From: Camelus dromedarius
Taxonomy: Eukaryota
Length of the DNA: 64,000 bases
Direction: 5' to 3'
Assembly (NCBI RefSeq): GCF_036321535.1
Contig: NC_087437.1
Location: 114,826,001 to 114,890,000 of the forward strand
Shown here: piece after piece, positions 36,297-48,459 of the stretch
How the letters are laid out: each line of letters opens with the position of its first letter
Numbering within the stretch: position 1 is the stretch's first letter
Notes under the pieces: generated by a model
What the model was told of the DNA's origin: nothing
Seen by the model: only the letters and a program-made list of their open reading frames with translations
Databases searched by the model: none
Position numbers and translations under genes: made by a program

Positions 36297-39002
36297 GCTG
36301 CAGACCCCACACACTTCCTAACAATCCACCAGAAGCCACCATGACGCAAGCAAAGTATCTCTTTCCAGCCCACCCTTCACCCCACTCTCCACCCATTCAT
36401 GTGACATCACAGGGGCCCTCCCATGGCACCTGCAGGGGACAGAAAACAAGTTGTCCATTTTTAGAAGACGCTTGGCAGGAGGGGGCCAGTGTGTTTCCTA
36501 CAACCCTGCCCTCTTTTTGACTCTCCCCATGGACCAGGCTCACTGATTTGCAGAGTGACTCTGGCAGGATGGTGGGAGGTCAGACGCTGCAGCCTGAGCA
36601 GCTGCTCACTTCAATTTTCGAGCCACACTGAGCAGAAGGCCCAATGTGGCAGTGGTTTGGGGAAAAGCCAGGTTTTCCCCAAAAGCTGTCATTTCAGAGA
36701 AAAAAAAATCCACTTTTTTTTTTTTTTTTTTGGATAGGCGCTAAGTATCCAAGATTTAAAAACCTGGCTATGACCACAAAGTGTCTGAAAGTGGAGGCTG
36801 TTTTGTAAAGATCAGCTTCTTCTTAAACTGCCAGGCCATCCAGCTCCTGGCAGTGTCTGAGTTACCCGGTGGATGTGGCCGGCGGCGGGCTCCCAGAGAG
36901 GCAGGAGGTATCACACGGCCCCGTCAGGTACCTACTCAGAGAAGAATGCAGAATGAGGAGGAGAGCAAAGGTAGGGGCGGCTGGGATATTTTCTAAAGGT
37001 GGTTTCCACCTTTCCCAGTCATTGATACACAGGAGAGGAGGGCAGAGTGGCCTGCCTGCCCGAAGTACAGAAATTTAGTACTGAAATCATTGCTCAGACA
37101 GTCTTGTAACTGGAGCCACACAAACCTCTACTTCTGAATGTTCCCATGGCCAAGACGCCGATTTTCACAACATTCCAAGAAAATCCTGAAATCGAGTCCT
37201 GTAGATGGCTTGGAATTTTGGGGGCCAAGGAAATAATCTTCTACGCATCTGAGGTGCATCTGTGTGGGCAGATGTCTTGGGAGCCAAGCAGTAAGACTCA
37301 AAGCTGGTGGTCACTGCTGGGGGTGGGGGCTGGAATGCAGACTGGAGAGGGGGCTCAGTCCCGATGATGCAATGATGCCGAGAGAGCTAGTGCTGGGCTG
37401 GGGCCCCCCACCAGCTGATGGGGGGCAGCAGGGTAAGGACTCAGGAATGCGTCCGCCCTCCCAGCTCCCTGCCCCGGACTTCTCAAGGGAACCAACCGCC
37501 TTGTCATGATTTCCCAGCTAAAAATCATGTTGGAGAAAATTCAGTGTTTTTAAAGCTCTTAGGCTTTAGAATTTTCTATCAATGGCAAAATGTCAGCTAA
37601 AAAATACCTATCAAGTGATTAGAGGAAATTTATTCATGCCTTAACTTTAAAAATAAAGACCTGCACCTCCCAGCAAAATCTTTGTGGATAAACTGATTCC
37701 CAAACTGAGATCATAGCAGGCCTGCTGGCACCTATGCTTATTACAAAATTCATCTTCTTTTCACGTCCAATATAATCAAGGCAGCCACACCCCACGCTCA
37801 GTCGGCCTGGCCTTTCTTTTCTCCAATTCCAGACGGCACTTTCTACGAGAATACGTGTAATTACCCTGGCGGGCTCGGAGCCTGTCTTGAAATAAAGCAC
37901 GTCAGAGCCGCATGGGAGGGACTCAAACCCAAATTGTGCGTCCTGGCTTGGCACACAGGACCCTCCTGTCCTCACTTATTAACTCTGGGAGACACTGAGC
38001 GCTCCCCAGGATGGCGGGGGTCGAGGTGGGGGTGGTTGCAGATATTCCTGCCCCCAGGCCAGCAAAAGCAAGAGGCAGGAGGAGCCAAGCCCAAAGCTCC
38101 CTCGGCCCCCACCCCAGCCCCTCTGGAGACAGAAGCGCAGCCCTGCCCGTTCCGGCTGCCCTGGATTCCACCAGCTTGAGGCGACGGCATCTGGAGGATG
38201 CTTGATATATGGTCCCTTCCAGAGAACAGGATGCAGATGCGTGGGGGAGGGTAACCCGAGAACGGTGCCAGAAGATGCTTCTGTCCCCCGGAGTTCAACA
38301 CATAAATTACAAACCACAATTTCAAATTGGAAAGAAAGTATTGACATTTTTCTCTTTTGCAAACATTGGCCTTTTGTGCTCAAGGTAAGTTTGAAGGAAT
38401 GTAGCTTTGACCCCAAGGTGACTTCTTCCCATTCTATGTCAGTCATCTGGTCCCTGACAAAGGGTGAATACGTCCGTCTCGGTGACTAGGTCATGAGCAG
38501 CGAGGACCTCGCCTCTACTGCCCTGGCATCACTGGCCACAGACCCCTGGTGTTCACACGTGGTCCTTCCTGGGAGCAGAGGAGTTTGGTCAGGGAAAGGG
38601 AGAGAGGAGATGTAGGTACATGTGAGATGGTGCAGGGAGACACCCGAGTCACTGCAGAGACCGAGCCTGAGACCAACCAGGGCACTCGGTGTGGACCACC
38701 CCCTCCCCATCCTGTTCTGTCCAGAGTCACTCACTGCCCTGAGTGTAACCTCTCCTTACCTGATGCTTCCACCCTCCCAGCTCCAGGGAGCAAGGAGTGA
38801 GCGTGAGCACACCCAGTACCTCCCTCCCCCACACACGCGGGCCACCGTCTCCACCACCCTCTGTATGTATTTCTTTTGATTGCCTTTGTGAGGAGCAAAC
38901 AGACGGCTTCAAATCCTTGGTTGGTTTCCTGCACATCTTGTGGGAAACCAGCTTTTGGAAAGCACAGATCCATCTCCTGAAACTTCAGACACAGACAAAC
39001 GG

Positions 39003-39027
39003 TGTGTGTGTGTGTGTGCGCGTGCGC
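39003..39027 (+). repeat. (TG)n/(CG) alternating purine-pyrimidine tract
   Basis: tgtgtgtgtgtgtgtgcgcgtgcgc. Confidence 0.85.
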
Positions 39028-40264
39028 TCACGTGTGCACCTGTGCACGCCAAAAGGAACATTCTTAAGCTAAATTGTTTAGATGACCTGCGTTCACCCAA
39101 ACTTTTGCAAACAAGGGATTGCACTTAAGACTTAAACTTTAATTATTTGGAAAATAATCAAGGAAATGCCCCAGTTTAGGTGGAAAGTGGATTAGGCACC
39201 GTCCCAAATGGCAAGTGTTAAGGGGCGTCGCCATCTGTTGCGCACCTGCTCTGAGAAGCTCCAGTCCCGTGGCCCCCAGAGCATTACGTACGTACAGGAC
39301 AATGGAGCAGCAACACGACGTGTGACCTCGACACCAGGGCCTGGCTGCCCACCACGCGCACGGGAAGCCCTCTTGTACGTCCATCCCACCCCTCAGCAGT
39401 GCTAGCTGTTGGCAGTGTTCATCTGCCTAGGAGTATAACAAGCACGAGGGAAACAGGGGAGTCAGTTACAGTGAGAATTAGGCTCCTGTCCCTTCAGGGG
39501 AGGCTTCATATGACCATGGTGGAGGCCTAGAACTAACCCGGGGAGCAGTCTGTGCGGTGCCACGCGATAGCCAGGGTCATATATCCAGAACCTGCTGGAC
39601 CCTGGCCCACTAGGGCAAATGCAGCCACTTGGGGTTCAAATGTCATGTTTAGACCCAGCCACTGGCCACTTTCCGGCAGGACGACTGGGCACTTGGTAGG
39701 GTGGGAAACAGGACCTATGTGGGGATATCCTATGTCTTCTGCACCAGGTGTGACCATGGCATGACTAGGATGGGCACCTGAGGTGAGTGAGGATCCAGAG
39801 ATGCCTATCTTTCTCAGGTCGTTCTGGTGCATGCTGGGGACACAAGGCACACATGCAAGGTGCTTTCTGCTTTGGCCGTCCCTCGGCTGCTGGGCCACCT
39901 GGACTCTCGCCCTCCAAATTCTGGGCCCTTGAGAAACTTCTTCGCCCTATGCTGCCCACGAAGCTGCTCTGTGGACCTTTACACAGCTGAGCAGACCCTC
40001 TATCCCAATGCAGGAGCTCTGTGAAATAGGCTGGTCAGCTGTCTCCCACAGAGAACAAATGCCAATGCCCTCCTCTGCATGGTGGGCCAAACCACTCTAT
40101 AATCAATTAACTGAGGACTCCCTAGTCAAAGCCCAATCTGGTGACCCCAAGAAAAATATGAGCTGGAGACCCTGACATCAAGGGCATGTGGATGTTCCTG
40201 GAGACCAAACTGAAGTGCACAGAACCAGTAGCTGCCAGTCTGTGGAGAGCTGCCAAAGAGACTG

Positions 40265-40560
40265 GCAGGCTTCTTGGAGGAGGTGAACACCAAGCTGAGT
40301 CTTAAGGGGTAAAGACATCTAAGCTAAGGGCCAGGGGAAAGAGGAGGTTCTGGGGCTGGGGGCACAGCTCGGTGTTCAGGGCGGGGGTGCTGAGGGTGGT
40401 CAGAGGATGGCAAGGAGCCCCCAGGCCAAGACAGAGAAAGCGGGTGATGACAGAGGGGCCAGCATGGGGAGGCCAGATGAGGGGGACTTTGCAAATTTGG
40501 CAGAGGCTTCAAATGAGCAGGCGGGTGACAGGCTGTGAAGGGTGGGACAGGTCTGGCAGC
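40265..40560 (-). mobile_element. LINE-2 fragment
   Basis: ggcttcttggaggaggtga..agctgagtcttaagg hallmark of antisense L2; highly diverged. Confidence 0.5.
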
Positions 40561-40765
40561 CATATGTGGGATGTCCGGAGCAAAACAGAGAGAGTAGATG
40601 TCCTCCGGGCGGCATCAGACCCTTCCGATGAAGCGACACCTACCAGATCTGACCCCAGCTACACACTGTCCTGCATGCGGAAGGTCAGGCCTTTGGGAGG
40701 TGTGAGGAGGCCCTGGCATCATCGATTTCCTTACTGGGAATTGTCCATTGCTAAAGGGTTGTCGG

Positions 40766-41570
40766 AATAGCCATCATTCAAAAGTCCACAAATGATAAAT
40801 GCTGGAGAGGCTGTGAAGACAAGGGAACCCTCCTACACTGTTAGTGGGAATGCAGTTTGGTGCAGCCGTTATGAAAAACAGTATGGAGGGTCCTCCTTAA
40901 GACTAAAAACAGACTTGCCATATGATTCAGCAATCCCACTTCTGGGCATATATCCAAAGAGAACCTTAATTCAAAAAGATACATGCAACCCAATGTTGGT
41001 AGCAGCACTATTTATAATAGCCAAGACATGGAAACAACCTAAATGTCCATCGACAGATGACTGGATAAAGAAGTTGTATATTTATACAATGGAATACTAC
41101 TCAGCCACAAAAAAGAATAAAATAATGCCACTTGCAGCAACATGGATGGTCCTGGAGATTGCCATTCTAAGTGAAATTAGCCAGAAAGAGAAAGAAAAAT
41201 ACCACATGGTATCACTTATATGTGGAATCTAAAAACAAATAAACAAACAAACTTACTTGCAAAACATGAACAGACTCTCAGACATAGAGAACAAACTTGT
41301 GGTTACCAGGAAGTGGAGTGGGGGGGGGGGTAAATTGGGAGTTAGAGATTTGCAGATACTAACTGATACATATAAAATAGATAAATAACAAGTTCATGCT
41401 GTGTAGCACAGGGAACTCTATTCAGTATCTTGTAGTAACTTACAATGAAAAAGAATATGAAAAGGAATATACGTATGTACATGTGTGACTGAACTATTAT
41501 GCTGTACACCAGAAATTGACACAACATTGTAAACTGACTAGACTTCAATAAAAATATGTATATACAAAAA
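40766..41570 (+). mobile_element. Relatively young 5'-truncated LINE-1 (ORF2 C-terminus + 3'UTR)
   Basis: ORF 40792-41232 translates LPYDSAIPLLGIYPK..AKTWKQPKCPS..YTMEYYSA..AATWM..KYHMVSLICGI; 3'UTR gcacagggaactctattcag..cttcaataaaa. Confidence 0.95.
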
Positions 41571-41835
41571 ACCCCACAAAACCATGAGCTGGGGCCCCTC
41601 CCTGGCCCCCACACTTCCACTGGGGGCTCCCAAAGCATGGCCTCTGGGCTAGAGGGAAGGGGAACCATGAGGGAAGAGGTACATTTATTTGGGCCTATCC
41701 AGCCTCCCCTTCTGACCTCTCCTTGAGTCAGTGTTGTCCCTTCCACTCAGGTATCCAAAGGCCTCTGATTCTTTCCTTCTTCCCAGAATCCCAGACTGCA
41801 GAGCTGGAAGGAGCCTAGACAGGGATCACCTAGAT

Positions 41836-42056
41836 CAGGGGCCAACAAACTCTTCCTGTAAAGGGCCAGACAGTAAATATTTTAGCCCTTGCTGACCACA
41901 CAGTCTCTGTCACAACTGCTCCATTCTGCTCCTGTTGTGTGAATGCAGCCGTGATGGCCCAGAGGCCAATGGTATGGCCGTGTTCCAATAAAACTTTATT
42001 TATAGAGACAGGCGGGGGGCCGGGTATGGCCCACAGTCATAGCTTGCCACCCCCTG
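41836..42056. mobile_element. MER58A-like hAT MITE inserted in a MIR
   Basis: cagggg..aaagggccagacagtaaatattttag..gttccaataaaactttatttat..cccctg; TSD acctagat/acctagtg. Confidence 0.85.
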
Positions 42057-42235
42057 ACCTAGTGTTCATTCTCATTTCACAGACGATGCAGCTGAGCCCC
42101 AGAGGCATGGACTAGCTCAGCCAAAGCCTCAGGGATTTGAAAGCCCAGCAGGACCTGTTGGGATGCTCGTGTCTTCACTGAGGTAAGGACTTTATTATTA
42201 TTTGTTAAGTGTATTCATTCAAATCAACTTAGAGA

Positions 42236-42559
42236 CAAATACCATATAATATCATTTATACGTGGAATCCGAAAAAAATGACACAAATGAACTTATTTAC
42301 AAAATAGGGACAGACTGACAGACATAGAAAACAAAGGGGACCAAAGGGAGAGGTGGGAAGAGGATAAATTAGGAGTTTGAGATTAGCAGATACTATTATA
42401 TATAAAATAAACAAGGTCCTACTGTACAGCAGAGGGAACTGTATTCAATAGCTTGTAATAACCTATAATGAAAAAGATTATATATGTATAACTAAGTCAC
42501 TATGCTCTACACCAGAAACTAATGCAACATTGTAAATCAACTATACTTCCATTTTAAAA
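42236..42559 (+). mobile_element. 5'-truncated LINE-1 3' end with TSD
   Basis: gacaaataccat..gacacaaatgaacttatttacaaaa..aaatcaactatacttc; aacttagaga flanks both ends (42226-42235, 42560-42569). Confidence 0.9.
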
Positions 42560-44224
42560 AACTTAGAGATTTAAAAAATTTTAAGTGCAAATAGCCTATA
42601 ATATTAAAAATAAGAAACAAATCAACTTTCAGTCCTGCCAGGCAATACCGGCACATCACACTTGCAACATTGACCTGGGCAGCGACACCTGAGACAGATT
42701 TCACTCCGGTCTGGTTGTAACTGATGTCTCCTCTGGGTCTTCCCATCACCTACAGAATGACACAGTCCATTCCACTAAGGCAGGCAGCCCCTCTGCGAGG
42801 CGTAGGATGTCTCAGCACCACAGATGGGCTCCTTCCCTGTACGGTGGGGCAGTGAGCCAACCCCCTGAGGCGTGGGACGTTGATGGGCAAAACTCTGGCT
42901 CTGAGGACCACCTGAGAAGCCCTGGGCTTCCCCAGAGTTCTGGTCACGCTCCCTAGTAAGAGCCTCTTATTAGTGTCAATGTCAACTCCAGGCACCATGC
43001 ACCCACCCCCCAACCCCGCCCCGTAAGAGGAGAGCAAATAATTTAGAAGGAAGACTCGGGGATCTGAGTTAGCTGGGCCATCCCCAGATGGTCCGACTCA
43101 CAAGGCTGAACTGTCCTTCCTTTCAGACGCGACAATTTCGTCTTTTCGGACCACCCCGTCAGCATGTCAGATTTAAAATATTACACGTGGAATAATGAAA
43201 AATTGCCAACATCTCACCACCATCTTTTGATTAATGGGTAGTTCCTCAGAGATTGATCAGTTTGTTTGATTTTGTTACTTGGAGTGACTGATGGCTATTT
43301 TAAAAAATACTTAGCTTTAGAGTTACCCTCCATGAGATAATTTTCATATGCCTTGTGTAGCCCCATCCAGAATAATTGGACTTTATTGCCTTCCTTCCAT
43401 GCATGAACTGAAGTTCCCTGGAGAAGCAAAACAGATTCCGACTTTGTTGCTTTAATATTTCCATGTAGATCGGCTGCTGTATTCACAGGGCAGCTTTGAC
43501 CAGATGGCCGGCCAGCCTCGTAGCGACATTTCCCATTTCCCGTCTATTACTCACAGATGGAAAATAATGTGACATGAATTCCCCATTTTGGGTAATATGT
43601 GGTTATATCCTTGTCATACCTGCACTAAAGATAAATGACTTATCATGCAATAATTTCTTAACCCTCTAGGGAGAAAATAGGAGAAACAACAGTGCACCGT
43701 GTTTGGCAGGAAAAGGGAATCGTCATTGTTCAGGCATTTACCAGGACACCGAAATTTTACTTCCTAATTTCTTCTTTTTTTCCCTCATTGCTTATTTTTC
43801 TGTTATTCACGGGTGGGTGGACTTATTTTTGCTGCTTAAAACATTTGACCTCAGGTTTTAGAAGGGGTCCTCAGACGTCTGGTTTTGGTCACATCCTGGG
43901 ATGTCCCTTCTAGACGTTGGTCTAACGCAGAGCTGAGGGGGGCAAAAATTAGTGGGAAAAAGTCCAATTTTATCATCTAGACTGACTCAAACTTGTCCAA
44001 AGTTGCTTAAAATTTCTTTCTTTTTAAAATATTAATTTTTACTCTTCACTGCTTGACACTATGTTGTCAATACTCCAAGATCAGCCTTGGTTTTCAATTT
44101 CTCACCTCGCCCATGGAGGTAAATTTTTTAGCTATCGCCCGCTTTGATTATAGTTAAAGATGAGTAAGTGACAATGATAACCTTATTAGTAAAGAGTACA
44201 TAATTAAAACGAACGCTTCTTCCA

Positions 44225-44425
44225 TCTGTAACAGGTGCCAGGCAGTAGGGGAAGAGTGTCCCACATGTAAGTCACGTAACTGCCACCGTTGTCCTTTGGG
44301 GCAAGTGCTAGTATTACCATCATTTTCCAGTCAAGACAAGGGAGGCTGGAGAGGAAACTAACCTGCCCGGGTCCTACAGCTTGAATGGGATTTGAACCCA
44401 CAAATCTGATTTTAAGCTTTCAGCC
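44225..44425 (-). mobile_element. MIR SINE
   Basis: gtattaccatcattttcca..gaggctggagagg..aacctgcccgggtc..gggatttgaaccca. Confidence 0.7.
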
Positions 44426-46526
44426 TCTTTGCACTGGGGAAGCCAAGTGCTAGGCAACTCTTCTTTCTGGAACATTCCAACCTTTTCCTTCTCAGAAAGA
44501 AGGCAACTCAGTTACTGCCCAGTTTCTGCTCTTCCCATTGGGCTGGCTGCTGGTCTCTTTCTGCCGTGTTCTCACTGGAGGGCAGAGCTAAGGGGCTGGG
44601 CTGGGGTTCTTTCCTCCACCAGTTGACCCCAAAGAATGTGGGTCCCCTGAGCTGTCCATCCATGCAGGGAGCATCCGTCCCTATCCTGTCCTAGGCATGA
44701 GTGTTTCACCCTGGGCCCCAGGTTGGCTGCTGGCAAATCGATTTTGTTCAGCGAAATAATCTGAATATTGGAGGCAGCAAAAGGTTCTGGATGCAACGGA
44801 AAGTTCTGGAAACAGCTTCCTCTCGCCTCCTCTCCCCCATCTCCACCAGACACAGAATCCGCAGAGTGAGCCTCAACCTTGCCATGGCCCTCTATCCACC
44901 GAGCCCAAGCAGAACGCAGGCCAGGCCGCGGCCGAGAGCAGCGTTCAGCAACAGAACTCCACCAAGAAGGTCACCTGCCCCGAGCTTACCCCGCTAGTAA
45001 CTCAAGCCTTTTATAAACTCATTTGTATTCATCCAAACGGCTGTTTTGGCTAGAAAGAAATGCTTCCTCCTCACTAGAATTACAAATAATTTGAGCAGAA
45101 AGCTACAGGCAAGACATATTAATCAAGTTTGAAAGGATGTACCTTTTCATACAAAGGTTTTCTTAAACCGAAAAAAAAACCTCCCCAATCTGTACTTACG
45201 TCTAATGGTGGTTTCTAACAGGCAGAGAACTCGCAGCTTGCTTTTTCATTTCATTCCCACCTCCCCTGCAGGCAAAAAATTCAAATCCTTGTCCCATAAA
45301 TGCACCCCTTTAATCACAGTCTTCCTTGGTAACTTGCATGAGGTTCCAAGGAATGAGCAGCTACAGAGGTTTTTCCACAATATTTCCCCTTATCAGTTAT
45401 TTGTATTTGTTAGTCTGAAAAACTCCTATCACCTGATATATGAAATATGAGATGTAGAACATTTCCCATAATATATTTCTTTTTATATTTGTTAGTCTAA
45501 AAAAATAGCATTGCCTGACATGAAATAAATAAATGGAGTTAAAGAAATGTTTTGTGCAGAGCAGGATACTGCTACATAGTTTGAGATTTTGTTAGTGTCA
45601 GAGCAATGCCGGCTAACTCTGTCCCTCACCCCCTCATAATAGATACTTTGGGGGGGAGGGGTGACTCCCAGGGAAGTGGGTTTTGATAGGATGATTAAAA
45701 AGGTTAGCATTGCCATGATTAGTTTATGCTTCACCCTGCATTTCAGTTAAAGATTAAGTTTTTGCATCAGGTTTTAGCTCAAAGGCAGGTTTGGAGGGAG
45801 GTGCATTTTTTTTTTTTTTATATTTAAAAAAACCCTCGTAGATTGAGTTGGGTTTATTTTTAACAGGAGCAGAAGCATGGTGGGAATGGGTTCGCAGGCT
45901 CCATTTCAGCCACAGGCTCTGTTTTGCAAACAAAGAAGCAGCCTCCAGTCTCCCTGATGAGAAAGTGTGTTAGGGCTGTAAGACACCTGTACCTTGCCCT
46001 GCATGGCAATCCCGGCCACAGGAGGATCTGGGGCAACCCTGCTTTCTTCCTCCCTTACCTTAGGGGGCGGTTTCCTCCCATGAGCTTATGCGCCCTGCCT
46101 CGGGCAGGTCCGCCAGCCTTTACGAGCACCTACTGTGTGCAGACCTTGCACATGGATGCAGGGTAGGTTAATAAACAGAAATGTCTTCCTAGTATTCAGA
46201 GTAGTTAGGTAGAGGAGGCAGCATAGAAATGAATATTGATTGGGTTAGGGTTAGGGTCATTATAAGTAAGGGAAGCCATGACGATAAAGACTTAAGTAAG
46301 TGAAATCCAAGAGCTAACAGATACAAGTGTAGGTTACAGAGAGGGAGGGAATGAAGGATTCTGACAGGTAGGGGGCAGGGAGAGCCCCCAGCACGGCTGA
46401 TGGCTGACAGAGCCTTGAAGAATGAACCAGTAGAGAGGGGGCGCTCTTGTAAACATCGGGAGGAAGGTTTTTTGTTTGTTTTTTGAGTTAATGTTACCTA
46501 GAGGTTGGTGCAAGGCATGATGTTAA

Positions 46527-47162
46527 TTTTTTTTTTAATTGAAGTTTAGTCAGTTTATAATGTTAGGTTAGTCTGTGGTATATAGCATGGTGATTCAGTT
46601 ATACACATACACACACACACACGCACATACATCCTTTTTCATTATAGGTTACTACAAGCTATTGAAGATAGTTCCCTATGCTATTCAGTAGGACTTTGTT
46701 GTTCATCTGTTTTATATATGTATCTGCAAATCCCACACTCCCAATTTATCCCTCCCCCTCCTTCCTCCCTGATAACCATGAATTTGTTTTCTGTATCTGT
46801 GTCTGTTTTCATTTTATAAGTAAGTTCATTTGTGTCATTTTTTTTAGATTCCACATATAAGTGATATCATATGGCATTTGTCTTTCTCTTTCCAGCTTAC
46901 TTCACTTAGAATGACGATCTCTAGGTCTTTCCTTGTTGCTGCAAATGGCATTATTTCATTCTTTTTATGGCTGAGTAGTATTCCATTGTGTACATATACT
47001 ACATCTTCTTTATCTAATCATCTATTGATGGACATTTAGGTTGTTTCCATGTTTGGCTATTGTAAATAGTACTGCTATGAACGTTGGTGTGCATGTCTCT
47101 TTTTGGATTAGAGTTCCCCCTGGATATATGCCCAGGAGTGGGATTGCTGGATCATAGGGTAA
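46527..47162 (-). mobile_element. 5'-truncated LINE-1 3' end
   Basis: polyT-aattgaagt; ttagattccacatataagtgatatcata; ctttttatggctgagtagtattccattgt; ggagtgggattgctggatcata. Confidence 0.95.
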
Positions 47163-47289
47163 GGGAGGAAGTTATGTTTTAGATGCACCTGGTGGAGTCA
47201 AGGAAGAGAGCCTGGAGGAGGGGAGACAAGAGACCAGAGCAAACCTTCCAACAGCCCAAGTAAAGAAATTAGCACTAAATCTATTCAAA

Positions 47290-47610
47290 TGAACATGGAA
47301 AAATCTTCCAGACAGACTGTTGACTAAAAAACCAAGATGTAAAACAAATTACATTTTTAAAAAACCTACAAACAAGACTGTATATACTTTAGGGGTATAT
47401 ATGAGACCCTGTAACTATAAATGCATCTTTAAAAGTTCTCTATTACATATGTATCCCAAACCAGTAACAGTCTCCGGGAGGCAGAGGAGGGAATTAGGAT
47501 TGGGGATGGGAGGTCTGAGTGGACTGTATTTTTTCTGTAGTGCTTATTTTTTTGTAATTCAGGAGAACATAGTCTGTATTACCTATGTAATTAGAATATA
47601 TTTTTAAAAA
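47290..47610 (+). mobile_element. Old L1 3' fragment
   Basis: aacatggaaaaatcttccagaca..gttgactaaaaaa; diverged L1M-type 3'UTR features. Confidence 0.45.
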
Positions 47611-48223
47611 TTAAGTCAATAATCTATTTTTCATTATAACACATGGCACTTAAGGCTATTACATTATGTCCATCTACATCTAGGTTTGGTATTTCCAAGT
47701 CAAATGGATTCTGGAGAAAGGGAATTACTGATCCATAAAACCTAGAGTTCACAGAGTCTAATTTCCTTCTTTTACAAATGAAGCCATGTAGGTTTCACAG
47801 AGTATTTTTATGCATAAGCGTAGGAAGAAGTGTGTAAAATAATTCATGGAAAAGTCATTGTTGCCTTTAAGTTTTCCAGGCAGCTATGAAAACTACATTA
47901 AAATGTTTTTTTACCCCCAAAGTTCATTTGCCCAGCCACAAAAACCATTTTCTCTGAAAAGGGGTGCTCAGTTACAGGGCTGGAGTGCAACATACGAGCT
48001 ATTGGGTCGGCAAGCAAGTGAGTTAAGTTCTGCCCAGAAGCCACCATGTGACCTTGACATCAGCCAACCTCAGTGTCCCCATCCCAGCACCAGGGATTTT
48101 CCTAGCCCTCAGGAAATACTATTACTCCATTCACAGCAAGGTTGGGGGGACGTCTCTCTGTGAGGGTAGAACGCTAGCCTTTAAAAATGTGCTTCAAACT
48201 TATTTGAAAAGTGAGATTCTAGT

Positions 48224-48459
48224 GTGGGGGAGGGGAAAATTGAGAGTATGGAATTAATAGATGCACTACTATGTATAAAATAGAAAAATAAGATTTTACT
48301 GTATAGCACAGGGAACTATATTCAATATCTTGGAATATATTCAATAGAAAAGAATCAAAAAAGGAATATAGATATATACATACATGTGTACAACCGAATC
48401 ACTTTGCTGTAAACCTCATACTAACACAATATTGTAAATAACTATACTTCAATTTTTTA
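48224..48459 (+). mobile_element. Short LINE-1 3' end with perfect 17-bp TSD
   Basis: actgtatagcacagggaactatattcaatatctt..actatacttcaatt; aaaagtgagattctagt at 48207-48223 and 48460-48476. Confidence 0.95.

Noticed and set aside
40792..41232. 146-aa ORF as a gene
   Set aside because: It is the C-terminus of LINE-1 ORF2 in a truncated insertion
42811..42833. REST/RE1 site (tcagcacc half)
   Set aside because: Right half-site GGACAG has too many mismatches
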